Assembly: GCA_028534125.1 (NCBI GenBank)
Contig: CM052817.1
Coordinates: forward strand, 90,770,001-90,834,000
Length of the DNA: 64,000 nt
DNA from: Lama glama
Lineage: Eukaryota
Reading direction: 5' to 3'
Part shown: in pieces, positions 1 through 12,770 of the stretch
Position numbering within the stretch: position 1 is the stretch's first letter
How the letters are laid out: the number at the start of each line of letters is the position of its first letter
The notes under the pieces: generated by a model
What the model saw: the letters and a program-made list of their open reading frames with translations, nothing else
Told to the model about the DNA's origin: nothing
Database searches by the model: none
Translations under genes and position numbers: made by a program

Positions 1-264
1 AGATATAAACTTCCAGTTACAAGATAAGTAAGCTCTGGTGACAACAGTCCACAAGACTGTATTATATATTTGCAAGTTGCTAAGAGAATTGATCTTAAAA
101 GTTCTTATTATAAGAAAAAATAGTATACGTGAGGTGATGAATGTTAACTAAACTTATTGTAGTGATCGTTTCTCAATATATACATATATCAACTCATTAT
201 GTTATACACCTAAAACTAATATGATGCTCCATGTTAATTATATCTCAATAAAACTGGGGGAAAA
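1..264 (+). mobile_element. L1 (L1MA9-like) 3' UTR end, cut by the window edge
   Basis: Characteristic 3' UTR words 'ttccagttacaagataagtaag', 'gttgctaagagaattgatcttaaaagttct', ending 'tatctcaataaaactgggggaaaa'. Confidence 0.85.
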
Positions 265-303
265 GTTTTAAAAGATAATCTAGAAGGCCTGAACCAAAAA
301 TTC

Positions 304-348
304 ATATATATATGTGTGTGTGTATATATATCTTACACACATACATAT
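304..348. repeat. Compound (TA)n/(TG)n/(CA)n microsatellite
   Basis: atatatatatgtgtgtgtgtatatatatcttacacacatacatat. Confidence 0.7.
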
Positions 349-590
349 GCAAGTAATAGACTGAGATACCTTAAGTTGTTTTCAGAACAAAATAAGAATA
401 TAAGTATAAACATAAATATATAAACACAAACACCAAATAGGAAGCAAAATCTTCCTAGCAATGGTCCTCTGTCGTTTCTCTATCCAGTGAATTAAAATTG
501 TATCAGCCTGCAGTTTCTCCTCTAATGGTGCTCAAATGTCCTGAAAAAAAACAATGGAAGGGTGCCTTTGCTTGCATAGTGTCACCTCAC

Positions 591-713
591 CTTAAAATCG
601 CTGCCTTGCTCCTCTCTACTCTGCGTGGCTAGCGGACTCCTTTGATTCCTGCTGCTGCAGTTCCTGCTTGTTCGCAGGCTTGTTTGATCACTCGGGGCAC
701 AGCAGAGCAGCAT
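591..713 (-). other. Candidate exon (possibly a first exon) of an unidentified minus-strand gene
   Basis: GC- and CpG-enriched unique sequence ending in a good donor (TTTTAAG|gtgagg). The ATG at 713 opens 41 codons (MLLCCAPSDQ...EEQGSDFK) in phase 0 up to the donor. Product not recognised. Confidence 0.3.
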
Positions 714-2019
714 GGAGCTGTTGCCTTTTTGGCACAGGTTTCATATTCAACAGTGGGTGGTTTCTCACCAGTTTGGCTCTTGCTTTAGGACAATGAGTGA
801 CAAGATGTTAGTTCACACAGCACGACTTATGTAACTTACAAAAGAAAAAAGCTCGGGCTGGAGGTTTGTTCTGCAAATCAGCAAGATTTTCAGAACAAGA
901 ATAAAAGTCTTTTCCCAGCATCCAAAGATAAAGATGACTTGGCCAAACCAATACAGGGCAATCCAGTCAAGAGAATGAGCCAATGTGGAGAATGTCATTT
1001 TTAGGTTGATTCCATTCAAAATAGCCAATCTAGGACCCTGGAAGAAGATGTCTTTTGAGGAGGGTTGAAAACAGCAAATATTATTTATCAAGGGTATTCA
1101 TTTTTTGAAATAGTAGCCATGTTAATATAATGAATGTTAACCTAGAAAAAATGTCTATCACAGAGTTTCAAGAAATCAAAAATTACATACCATAATTCTG
1201 CATAAACCTGAAAAAACTCATGTAAGTGCTTGTCTGCTGCTTAGAAATTTCAGCTTCATTAACAACGGTTGTTAGAAAATCAAACATCCCTCAAGAAGAT
1301 AGCTCTAAAATAGTTGTTCTTTGAGAACTCATGCTTTGGGGTTGTGATTTATTATCACAAATCAAAGAATAAACTTCCTGAGACATCATACAATGTGTCA
1401 CAGTGCAGGGTCTAGATTTCTCAATGAATCATAGCCCTTTGCTATCTAGAAATAGTCACATTGCAAACAAGATTTCTCAGATTGTCCAATGTTTGGTTAC
1501 CGTGTTATTCATGAATTTAAAGAAAAAAACAAATAAAAATAGAGTGTGTGTATCCCTCCAGGATCTCAAATGCAAATCTCAATATACTTTCTTATAATTA
1601 GGTGTCAAGGGGGCAATTTCCCCCCAAATTTAAGAAGCCAGTTAGGTTTTACCAGGCAATTTACAGTCCAGTCCCTCTCCCCACCAGTCATACATATATC
1701 CATTTTTATGATGGCTTCCCACTGCAATGATAGACCTGTAGGATTCCTTCCACCTCTACCTCTAAGAAGTTAAAATTTTTCACACAGCTTTGAAAATACA
1801 GTAAAAATAAAATCATTTCCACAACAATTCTACAATTTAATTTTTCAAAATGTGACTAGCACAGAGGTCAAATACATTGAAATACCAACCAAAAATGGTT
1901 TTAGTAAGCGAAAAGCAAATGACCATCCTATATATTGCAAGGTTCTGTTTTTCTAAGCCTGAAAAAGTATTAGAAGGGTTACTAGCTGTAAATACAGTGT
2001 AGAGGTAGATTCATAGTGT

Positions 2020-2240
2020 GGAGCAGCTGTTGTACTAGTGACAAAAGAAATGGGTTCACGCTCGCTCAATCACTAACCACTGGGACCTCTCCAGCGTGAG
2101 GTTTCTGAGACTCTGGACAACAATAGCTGCTTTATTCACTCACTACCCCAGGTGGCTGCAAAAGTTCAAATCCTATCATGTATGTAAAAGTGCTTGATAA
2201 CCAGAAAAAGATTAGGTGTTATTGTGCAAATGTAAGGTGC
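2020..2240 (+). mobile_element. MIR SINE, degenerate
   Basis: 'tgggttcacgctcgctcaatcactaaccactgggacct' and 'atgtatgtaaaagtgcttg' resemble the MIR head and tail. Confidence 0.5.
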
Positions 2241-2479
2241 TCTGATTTTGTTAAGGTCATGGGAAAGCTGTCATTCGTATTCTTCTATTCCCACTTTCAT
2301 TTTTTGTAAAAGAGAATGATAAAAACAATCAAGTGTATGATTATCAAATCTCCATCAATCAAAAGAGCAAAGCTTATGACTTATTTCATTAAGCCTCACT
2401 TTCATCCTTTGGCCCAGTTATGTCATATAATCATTTACTTTAAATACAGGAAGGAACATGAATCAACTTTTAGTTCTGG

Positions 2480-2615
2480 GTCATAATTTTATAGACAAAG
2501 AGACTGAGGTACAGATATGAAATGAAGTGATCAAGGTGGTGCCCAGAAGGACCCAGATGCAAGCATAAGATGTCATCTGACCACGAGGATTCAGCCTGAG
2601 TGTTCATTCCTTCTG
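2480..2615 (-). mobile_element. MIR SINE fragment
   Basis: Core-like 'attttatagacaaagagactgaggtacaga'. Confidence 0.55.
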
Positions 2616-4897
2616 ACTACCTGTATGGCTAATGTCAGTTTTAAGAAAGAATGATTAGTTCTGGGGTCATTGATGGTTTATAGGTATCCATCTGCAAGAG
2701 CACAAGTGCATAACATATCATTTCTATGAAAGTTAAAAATAACAATCAAGTGTGATCAACTATATTCTTTGTGTTTGAAAAAGTGTCCATGCAGACTGAA
2801 CAAACACATTCCGGCACTGCACATCTGTGCCCTGTAGCATCACAGGGCTTTCATCACACTAAGCCTGTTCTTTGAGAGAGACTGGCTTCATGCTGAACTC
2901 AGCGTGAGGACAACAGGGCAGGACACCAATTAGTGGAGGCATTTGTACCATCTTGACAGGACCACTGTGCAGGGAAGTTAACTGGACCCCAAGCAATGGT
3001 AGAAGCATGTCCTCTGGCAGTAAATAATTAAACTAGAAGTAAAAACTTTATCCTTCAGAGACAGAGGTTTGATTTATGTTCAAGAACATCTGCAACCTTC
3101 AGAAAAGCTAACCAGTTGCCGACTCCACGTGATCTTAACAAAGCCACTAGAAATGCATTGTAATCCTGTGCCACACTTTCTATGTGATCTAAATTCACAT
3201 TTTTTACTTTCAGCAGGATAGGCATGAAAGCAGAGGTCACGACTGGGTTAGCACAGTATCAGGTAGAAACTCTCCCTGCCAATAAAAAACAGCTATAATT
3301 ATTTGCCCCTCTGGGCAGCTAATGCCATCATGCTTCCATAATTCACAAGTTTTCATTTAACAATAATTTTTAAGTATTATATTTTATAGGTTTCTGTACC
3401 ACAAATTATTTCTTAGAGGGGAAAAAAAAAACATGAAGTAGCCATGTGTTGGCTGTATTTTTTGTAGCATATTTTGCTTTTAATTCCAATTTCCAGATCT
3501 AATTCCCTCTTAGTCTATTTCTATTCAGACTGATCCGCTAGAAAATACTAAGAAAAGATCACAAACCAAATCCTATGATAATATCCTCAGAAATTTGAAA
3601 CAGCTCTAAGAGGTTTGGCCTCAGCCCCACACATTAACATGATCGCTCAATTTTAATGAGGTCAAACAAGCTGCTGGGCATCTGGCGGGTGATCAAGGTC
3701 TTGGCCTGAGTGGGGCAGGCCACCTTGTTCTTACAAAGAACGTTAAGACGTAGTGACAGGTGATAATGTAAAATGCACGAAGCTACTGCCCTAGGCCACT
3801 TCATCTTTTCACCCCACTGGGATCCCAGAGGCAACAATGCTTTAGCCAGATGGAAACAGTCACTGAGGATCTGAAGGAGAATCAGACTTTTGCATAGAAA
3901 AATTTTAAGGGATTTAAATAAACCCATAACATTTGTCACATCCAAGATCTCTATCCCTTTATGATCCTTCCCGCTAAATATTATCTTTGAAAAAATAAGT
4001 CATTCTTGAGTTGAATGCTTTTCTGTGAGCACCAGCAATATATTTAGGTCTGAATCATTTACTAACGATATAAGGACGCTCATTAGCTGCAAAGATAGAA
4101 AAAGAAAAAATAGATTTGAACCTGAAATCCCAGAAGTAACTCACTTGACAAACAATTGCTTATATTTTCCTTCCAATTATTCTTGTGAAATCTTCATCTT
4201 AATATCATGATCAGTACAGAGCCTGCTGTGGTACCATGCAGTGGGGGCCATGGCACCAAATATGAGGCAGGGAAAAGCACCTATACACAGTTTTAACACC
4301 TTACTTTTAAAATAAAACACTGAGATTAATGCATATATACAGGAATGCAAAAGTAAAAATACTGAAGTCATTCTCTATTAATATTATGTTACCTCAGAAT
4401 CTGCAGGACGCCACTACATGATCGATACGTTTAAAGGATTATGAGGATCATAGAAATCAGCTTAAGAAACTGGAACTTTGTTTAGCTAAACTATAAACAA
4501 CATCAACCTACCTTATTACAGAAGTTGTAATGTTCTCTAGTAAAATTTAAGGAGCATACTTCATCAAAAAATGAATGATGAAAATATAAGGCAAGCAGAG
4601 TGAAAAACTCAATGGCTTTTCCTAATTCCTAGTGAAAGAGATAGAGTATGAATCAGTAGCCAAGTGGGTAAAGAGGACCATTTTCTGAGACCTGAGAGAG
4701 GATTCCTGAGTCCCTCCCCGTGTTAGGTCCTATCCTACTGTTAAGAATATCTATATGGGGTAAAAATTATTTCACCAACTCCAAGATTCTTTAAGTATGC
4801 ACTCAACAACCTAAGAGAATTATCACAAATCTCTGAAAGGTACCTTTCTGTCATTATGAACATACAGGCAGGAGATCAGGGTTGTTCCACACTAAGG

Positions 4898-5097
4898 AAC
4901 ACTACCCATTAGAACTTTCTGCAGTGTGGAAAATGTTCTAGAGCTACACTGTCTGACATGGTAGCCATCAGTCACAGAACTGCTGAGTACATGAGATGTG
5001 GCTATTGTGACTGAAGAACTGAAATTTGTATTTACTTTAATTGGTTTAAACTTAAAGATCCACTGTGGCTAGTAGCCACCTCAATAGACAGGAAAGC
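4898..5097. mobile_element. MER3-like hAT-Charlie MITE
   Basis: 'agaactttctgcagtgtggaaaatgttcta...gtagccatcagtcaca...atgtggctattgtgactgaagaactgaa...tgtggctagtagccacc' follows the MER3 consensus. Confidence 0.85.
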
Positions 5098-6624
5098 TGT
5101 ATGGCAAACAAGCTTATCAAAAATTATGAATAACAACAGGTATTAGCTTAGAGAAAGAATTAAAAACTTAGTAAGAATCTTCAGGCCAATAGAAAGAGTA
5201 AGAATCAGTTGTTTTCCCCTTCTGTGCAGGTAGTCCAAGAAGAAACAACCAAAAATACAGATTGCATGCAAAGAGCTTTCTTCAGATTTCAACACTAGGC
5301 AGTGGAATGGGTTTGCAAAGAGTGACTGTAGAATCTCTAACTCAGGATACTGTCATCCATGCCATGTGGTTTAACTTACTGGTGTCACCCACTATACACT
5401 ATTTCTAGACTTATGTGTTTTATTTCAGCTGAGTATGTTTAGCTGAATTTCTTGCATAACGGTCTTGCCATATCGTTCCCAGACTTTCAACTCCCACACA
5501 GTCTAGTGAGGATGCATAATTATTTCCTTAAAAGTATATGCTCTGTTAAGGTTAATATGTTCAGTTAAAGTTAATAAGCTCTCATATGTGTTGTTACTAA
5601 GGTCGTTGTTTAGTTGTAAAAGGTAGCAACGTGGTTGGCACTGCATTGAGATACAAACGACGCAATTCTTAACCGGAGGGCATAATCTAAAATTTAGCCA
5701 AAGGAAAGATAAAGGGATAGCTACGATTTGATTATTCAAAAATTTTATTGGTAAGTAAGCTCTAGGGGAAAAAATGGGTTTTTAGAAGCATTATGGAACA
5801 GTATGAAATGACATTAATTTTAACTTCTTAAAAATAGGGAAAATAAAACTGAAATAAGAAGAAAATAAATTGATGTCTTGGGCAAGAATTTAGAGAGAGC
5901 AATAAACTTGGTATGTATTCATTAGCTGTCAACAATAAATTTAAAGAATTAGTTATTAATGATGTTGCAGAGAACCAAATCCCGCTATGGGCTATAGTTA
6001 TTAAATGTGGTTTTGACAAGCAACAATTATGTGAGCACAACATTCCTTTTCAGAGTTTGTTTTGTTTTGTTTTAGGCTTTCATCATTCACTGTTTGCCCC
6101 CAAAACGTGAATTGTAATACAATACCACAGATGCAAAACCTTCAGGTGGTCTAAGTGCACGTTTTCAGACTTCTGCCAACACTTCCTCTCTGCTCTCAGC
6201 CATCAGTGAATCTTTGAGACAAGTTTTTCCCTACAGCATTGCCCACCTCCAACCCAGGCAGCAAGCAAAATGGAAGAACCAAAAGGAAGTAATGCAGGAG
6301 GAAGAGAAAGAGAAATTCGGTGGTCAACAAAGGGATGATGAATTTGAGACTGCAGCTTGTGAAAGAATAAAAAAAAAAACCTGAGACAAAGAAAGAGTTA
6401 GGAGGATTGAAACTTCAGGAGCTCTGCTTTTCTGTCTCCAGGACTTGATCTGGCAGAAGCATAAGTGATAGTGAGGGCTCGTAACAGATGCTTTCAACAG
6501 GAGATCATCTGACTCCTACCATCAGCGTGACAAAGACCACAGAAGGTCTGGTCTGGGCTGAAAATCAGATCACCAGCGTCTAGCTTTAAGGCTACTATTA
6601 TTAGACAGGGGCCATTGGGTTACT

Positions 6625-6857
6625 TATCAGTAGGAACGTGAGTTCTGGAGTCAGACTACCTGAGTTCGAGCTTCATACCACTGACCAGCTGTGTGAACTT
6701 AGGCGAGTTAATTACACTTCCCCCAACTGTGAATGAGAATGCAGGACTACTGACCTGATAGCCCAGGAATCCTGAAAGGAGATTATGTTCAGGAAATCTG
6801 TGGAACAGTGTCTGGCTTCTAATAAACACTCAATAAATACTACTTATAACTATTATT
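6625..6857 (+). mobile_element. MIR SINE
   Basis: 'tctggagtcagactacctgagttcgag...ccactgaccagctgtgtgaacttaggcgagtta' and tail 'actcaataaatactac'. Confidence 0.8.
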
Positions 6858-7504
6858 TGTAGCTTTCTATCGGTTCAAATAGTTTCACCGTATTTTCCAT
6901 AACAAATAAAAATTACTGATATTTAATGGCTATTTAACAGATAGACATGTTGGTTTGGGGGGTTGGTAAATCTCATTAAATAGGGTCCCAACACCCAGCT
7001 GGTATTTAGTGTGCATATTAGCGGTCCTACTGCCTATAAATTAAACCTTTATTTCAACTATTTGTTTATAATTTATACTTGCATTCTTTTATAAGAAACA
7101 TACAAAACTTCCCTTATAAAAGAATCATGATGTCCACTGACTCCTTTTCCTCCCTGTTTTATTTGACTACTTAAATCCTTAGAAGCACTCAGACAAAGAT
7201 ACTTGGAGCTGGGGAATCCTGCTAGGTCATATGTTGTTGGGAAATTATTTTCTGCCTAAACACAAATACAATATGCTTGTATAACTTCCTCTTTTACATT
7301 TCCACAGTTCCTGATTCACAGACAATCCTAATGTCACATGCAGATTTCTCTTTTGATTTGGCAACACAACTTCCAGCTTTCTGCTCTTCTTACTTCCCTG
7401 TATGTCTTCTCCCCTTGTGGATGACTTCAGTCTCATCATTTCTGTTCCCGCATACTTGCAATACCAGTATTATTTTAACACTGTGTGGATCTTCATGTTC
7501 TTCT

Positions 7505-7555
7505 TCTTTTTTTTTTTAAACATTTTTTATTGATTTATAATCATTTTACAATGTT
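7505..7555 (-). mobile_element. Ultra-truncated young L1 (3' terminus plus poly-A only)
   Basis: Reverse complement 'aacattgtaaaatgattataaatcaataaaaaatgtttaaaa...' matches the L1 ends at about 28620 and 58636. Perfect 16-bp TSD atcttcatgttcttct at 7489-7504 and 7556-7571. Confidence 0.92.
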
Positions 7556-10254
7556 ATCTTCATGTTCTTCTATCACATACGTCCTATCAGTTTGAACTCT
7601 TTCCCAAGACTGACTCACCAACCCGGTCTAATGTACTGTTTCTTTGTCCGTCTTTAGTTTATTATTATACATTTATCAAGCACTGGATAAAATACATGGC
7701 TTGTGCCAGAAAGCAATAAGGGATCATTTGCTACTAAAAAAGACAATTTTGCTAATCATACAGCAAAGAGCAAGCTGACTTCTACTTGAGATCTTGCAGG
7801 AAAGTGCAGAAGCTCATAGGGTCCCCTACCAAAGAATCAACTATCAATATCTGTCAGGTTGTCAGCTGTAAACACCTGCAAAGCTGCTAGATTGCCACAC
7901 AAGGACTTGTGAACTAACATCTTTGCTGCCTTTCTTACCTTTCCTTCCTCTACACCTCCAACCCCCGAAGAGCCAGAAATATGTGTGGGTGAGCTGGAGA
8001 GGAAAGGTGAAAGAGGAACTTAGGTAATAAATCCCTCCCACTCCCACTTCAACTTCAGGCTTCTCTCCAAGCTTCCAGACAGGAATATGTCTCAACTTTA
8101 ACTCAGAATTAAAGTCTGTATTAACACATGCAACTGATAATAAAATGGCTAACCTGAGACAGTTGTTTGAGGCCTGAAGTTACCAGAAAACTGGGTTGCC
8201 AAAGAGTGACCAGAAAAATCATGGAGCCTGCTTAACTATTCATGCAGTGATGGGGAAGATTCATTCCACAGACCATGTTTAAAGGATAGAGGGAGACAAA
8301 ATCGAAACTGCTTTATGACTGGAGTCTGCAAGTCATCTCTGTTCAATGTGTAGGTTGCTTTTGAAAAGAGAAAATGGTGCAACCAGGGGCCAAAATGGCT
8401 TCCCCAGGAAGGAAGATGTCAAAGCAAAGGAGCAGACCCTAATTCAGCGACATGCCTTGAAACCATGGAAACCATCCTGAGCAGGAAACAAGTCACTTGT
8501 CATCAGTGGGTCAAGGATTGCTCGGCACTCCTTCATGTCTGATCTGTACCTAGGGCTGTAGAAAGGCACCAAACTTCAAATATCTCTGTTTTCCTGAGCT
8601 GATGAGAAGGAATCACCTAACATGCCTCTCCCTTGCCTCCCAAGAAGGTAAAGATTCTCATGAAGAATTATTATAATTATCCTTTTAAATAATGACTTCG
8701 GCATTAATGGAGACATTACTCTTCCGCATGATGATATTGCCCTCACTTAAAGACACAACTTATGACAGTACAAACCGCCCAGAGAAGAGGCTCCAAATCA
8801 GTGCAAAATATCAAAAGGATAGAAACCTATCCCCAGAGGCATACCAAGAAATGCAGATTGTTTTGCATTTATTAAAATGCAGATGTAAGTATAAGGCATA
8901 AAACGACAATATTAAACCAAGGACTTAAATTATGTAGCATATTATATAAGGTTATAACTTTGCTTTCCTTTGGGGAAACAAGGGGGTAAGGAAATACAGT
9001 TTCATGAGACTGTTCACTCTTGAATTGAAGGCATCTAGTACAATATTTGGCATTTACTTTTTAACGAATGAATGAAAAACAAAAAGGATCCAGTATCATT
9101 CAAGAAAATGAATTACACCCTGAAAGTTTTGAAATAATATCAAAACTCCAAAATTACATTTAACCCCCCAAATTAGCCCAAGTAGGCACCATCTCCCAGT
9201 CTGATGTAGAGGTCAAGTCTCAATGTCTGTTTCACTCCACTGAAACTGGTGATTAACTTTTTAAAAAATGTCTAATATATGCATAAGATATGTGAGTATT
9301 TATTTGCTGTTTTAAATAGAGATTGTATTTTACTTCTTAGGCCTTAAAGAATTACACCCCAAAGGCTCTGCTTTATAGGAAACAATAATCTGGGGGGGCC
9401 AAGAGCCTCCTTGGAGTGGAGTTGTAACTCTTGCTCCATCACATTTCAAATGTGCCAGACACTTATCTGGCCACAGCTTGTGTAGTTTTCAAAAACTTAG
9501 AATAATACCAATTTAGTTTAATTCATAAGTTACTAAGAAGATACATTCATAAGACAGTGAACATGAAATGGTCTGAAAATTTATAAAGTAATCTAAAATA
9601 GTGGTGTATTTTATTCCTTTTTTAAAAAATACGATTTCAATGAGGAAATTCCATCTCAGTAAAGGACAAAGGAAATAAAGAGAACATAAAAGAGAAAGAG
9701 AAAAAGAAGGTATAATGTTGTGGATAAGGACCTTACCCTACTTACTCTAATACATAAATAGAGAGAGCTGCAAAGAACAGATAATAATTAAAGAAAGGGG
9801 CCATTTAAGATTGAATCACAAAGGTCTCTGGCAAGTTCAAAACCGACCCATTTAACAAGCCAGCTGTGGAGTAACCCGTTATTTTCTCTGTATGATGTAC
9901 AATGGTGGCTCTTCCAAGCTCTCTCACTTCACCTTGCTTGACCATTCCTCTGAAGGAGTGGCTGAGAATTTACTATCAAATAACTTTTAATGTCTAGATT
10001 TATTTTCCAGATTCCTTATGTTTTGCTCCAATAAAATGGTATTTTATTTCCTCCATTCCAATTTTACATCAAAATAAAACTCTGCTATTTCCTTCAGTTC
10101 CATGTTTGGAGCTTTTGCCTTAGCCATTTGGGACCAAAGTCAATTTTTCATCTGCAGTTTGTCCATTCTTATCTCTTTAGCAGTAGTTTGCGTCTGGGGT
10201 AAGTCCTAGCACAAAAACAAAATTGTTTCTTAAAATTCTTATCTTAATTTGATT

Positions 10255-10590
10255 TTCCAGATTTTAAAAACAACAGGTGCACATTGCAGGATATATTAAA
10301 AAGTGTTAAGTTCTACACACAAGTAACCAAAACATTAGCATACCTTCATTCAATCTTTTTAAAATAATTATTTGGGGGGTTCGTGTGTTTATTCTTGTTG
10401 TTCTTTAATACAGTAAAATTCATATTGCATATACATTTGGTATCTAACTTCTTTCACTTAACATTATATCATAAGCATTTTTTCATGTCAAAAATTATTT
10501 GTATCACATGGTTTAATGCTAGTCAGAGTTCATTATTTGGATAATATTCCCAGTTTCATAATAATGAAATTTAGGTTGCTTTATATTGGT
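10255..10590 (-). mobile_element. Ancient L1 (L1ME-like) 3' fragment
   Basis: 'acttctttcacttaacattatatcataagcattttttcatgtc' and 'atgaaatttaggttgcttt' are typical L1ME antisense words. Confidence 0.55.
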
Positions 10591-10837
10591 TTCCAACAAA
10601 TGCTCATTTGTTTTCTATGGAAGTTTGGATCTACTCATAATTTGGTTTTTTAATGATCAGGGATCAGTTTTTTAAAACATCAGGAATAATTTTGAATTGG
10701 AGTAAATGTCATTACAGCAAAAACTGAGATATTCATCTGTTTTTCTCTTTAAACTGTTAAAATATAAGTTGTTACATTTTTCTTCTTTTCTAGTTTTACT
10801 GCACTAGAGTTGGAAAATGTGATCAAAAATCTCTCTC

Positions 10838-10880
10838 CTAACACAACATTGTAAATCAACTATCCTTCAGTTTAAAAAAA
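10838..10880 (+). mobile_element. Very short L1 3' terminus (older artiodactyl-type end)
   Basis: 'taacacaacattgtaaatcaactatccttcagtttaaaaaaa', the same end type as 30700-30745. Confidence 0.7.
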
Positions 10881-11200
10881 TTTTTTCTCCTGTTTTAGAA
10901 TGCCCTGAGACTGTCTTTGAGAGAGATTCTAAATACTTGAATGTACTGCTTATAATGTACATGTTTAAGCTAAATATTTCAAGCTTTGACAATAGGGAAA
11001 GAAGCTCAAAGATTATTGTTCATAAATTTAGGGCATTTGCAAGTCTTTATTTTATTTCTACTCTATCACTTATCTACAAAACGAAAGGTATAACCATGCC
11101 TTACTTTCAAGTATACTGGTGCAATTCCAGAGCCCAGACGGCTTGTCACTGGTTCTCCCTTGAGCAACCATCTCCTAAGTAACCCTTCGGGAATTCTGTT

Positions 11201-11315
11201 AGACAGTGACTAATCATCCTAATTTGTCCTGGTCTGTGGCAGGGTTCCCAGGATTGAAGACTGTCAGTGCTAAAACTGGGACCATCCCTAGCTAGCTGGT
11301 GTGATTGGACACCCC
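11201..11315. mobile_element. MER81-like hAT-Blackjack MITE
   Basis: 'gtgactaatcatcctaatttgtcctgg...tcagtgctaaaactgggaccatccc...ttggacaccc', about 115 bp. Confidence 0.7.
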
Positions 11316-11569
11316 AAAACAATTTCCCATAGTGAAATGCATCCAATATCAGATGCTTCAAATCTTGAACCCAACTAGTAAACCAATTCCTGTTGTACAG
11401 ATTCACATTTGTCATCATCTTTCTACGACATGAGAAATCCTCAGGCTCATCCACTGAATGGTCATAATAACCTTGAATGATGGACATCAGGTTTACTCAT
11501 GCTGGCTATGATGCCTTAAAAACCTCTGTGAAGGAGACATTTAACAACTATAATAGATTCATCACCAGG

Positions 11570-11980
11570 TGACCTGCCTCCAGCCACCTCTGTCTGTCTG
11601 TCTACTCCCCCAGGACCCACTTCTTGCTCACTGTATTCCAGTCACTCTGGATTCTTGCTGTCCCCCAAACATTCCCACCAGCAGTTTCCTCTGCCTCTGT
11701 ATTCGTCTGCCAAGTATCCAGAAAGCCACATGGTTTGCCCCCTCATTCCAATCTTGGCACAAATCTCTCTTAGAGAGACCTTCTCTGACAACCTTTTATA
11801 AAACAGCCTTCTCTCCTTCTCTCTCTAGCCCTTACCATTTTACTTCTCTTCATCATAGTTACAATCACCTGACACTTGTTCATGTATTTGTTTAGCATCT
11901 GTTTTCCCCCTCACTGGACGGTAAGCTCCAGAGGGTAGGGCAGGCAATTAATAGCTACTTGTGAAATGAACAGATGAACC
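11570..11980 (+). mobile_element. L2 LINE 3' region
   Basis: 'gagagaccttctctgacaacc', 'ctggacggtaagctccagagggtaggg' and a degenerate (TGAA)n tail. Confidence 0.75.
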
Positions 11981-11984
11981 ATAT

Positions 11985-12770
11985 GGCGTAGTGATAAACA
12001 CCACAGACTCAGTAATCAGAATCTCCAGATTCAAAACTCAGCTATGCCTTGCATAATTTTGTAACCTTGAGCAGATTACACAGCTGAACTTCTCTGGGCC
12101 TCAGTTTGCCCAGAGGTAAAATGGGCTTCACAGAAGCCCCTTCCTCTTAAGGTTGTTGTAAGAAGAACTAAAGTAACTCAGGTGATGCCTTAAGAGTAAT
12201 GGCATCCACTGAAAGATGACTGGATAAAGAAGCTGTGGTATATTTATACAATGGAATACTATTCAGCCATTAAAAAGAATGGAATAATGTCATTTGCAGC
12301 AACATGGATGGACCTGGAGATCTTCATTCTATGCAAAGTAAGCCAGAAAGATAAAGAAAAATGTCATATGATATCACTTATATGTGGGATCTAAAAAAAA
12401 GACACAAATGAGCCTATTTACAAAACAGAAACAGACTCACAAACATAGAAAACAAACATCTGGTTACTGAGGGGAAGAGGGTGGGAAGGGATAAATTGGG
12501 AGTTTGAGATTTGCAGATACTAACTACTATACATAAAATACACAACAGGGTCCTACTGTATAGCACAAATTCACTAACTTGTAATAACCTTCAATGAAAA
12601 AGAACATGAACAGGAATATATGTGTGAAACGTTATGCTATACACCAGAAATTGACATACTGTAAACTGACTTCAGTTAAAAAGTAAATAAAATCATTGTA
12701 TTTATTAATTAAAAAAAAAGAGCAATGGCAGATGTGTGATAAGTACTCAATGAATCTGTGTATTTCTATT
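11985..12770 (+). mobile_element. MIR SINE split by the L1 insertion at 12205-12717
   Basis: Core 'aacttctctgggcctcagtttgcc...gtaaaatggg' lies before the L1. The tail 'aagtactcaatgaat' resumes after it. Confidence 0.75.
12205..12717 (+). mobile_element. 5'-truncated L1 (ORF2 C-terminus plus 3' UTR)
   Basis: 'gatgactggataaagaagctgtggtatatttatacaatggaatactattcagcc' through a poly-A tail. 13-bp TSD aagag(t/c)aatggca at 12192-12204 and 12718-12730, with a TT/AAGA endonuclease site. Confidence 0.93.

Noticed and set aside
541..590. 50-nt intron between the 591 donor and the tttttttcag acceptor at about 541
   Set aside because: Below the usual minimum mammalian intron size, so the two sites are unlikely to be used together.
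813..1091. 92-aa minus-strand ORF near the candidate exon
   Set aside because: Non-ATG start, no recognisable homology and no flanking splice signals.
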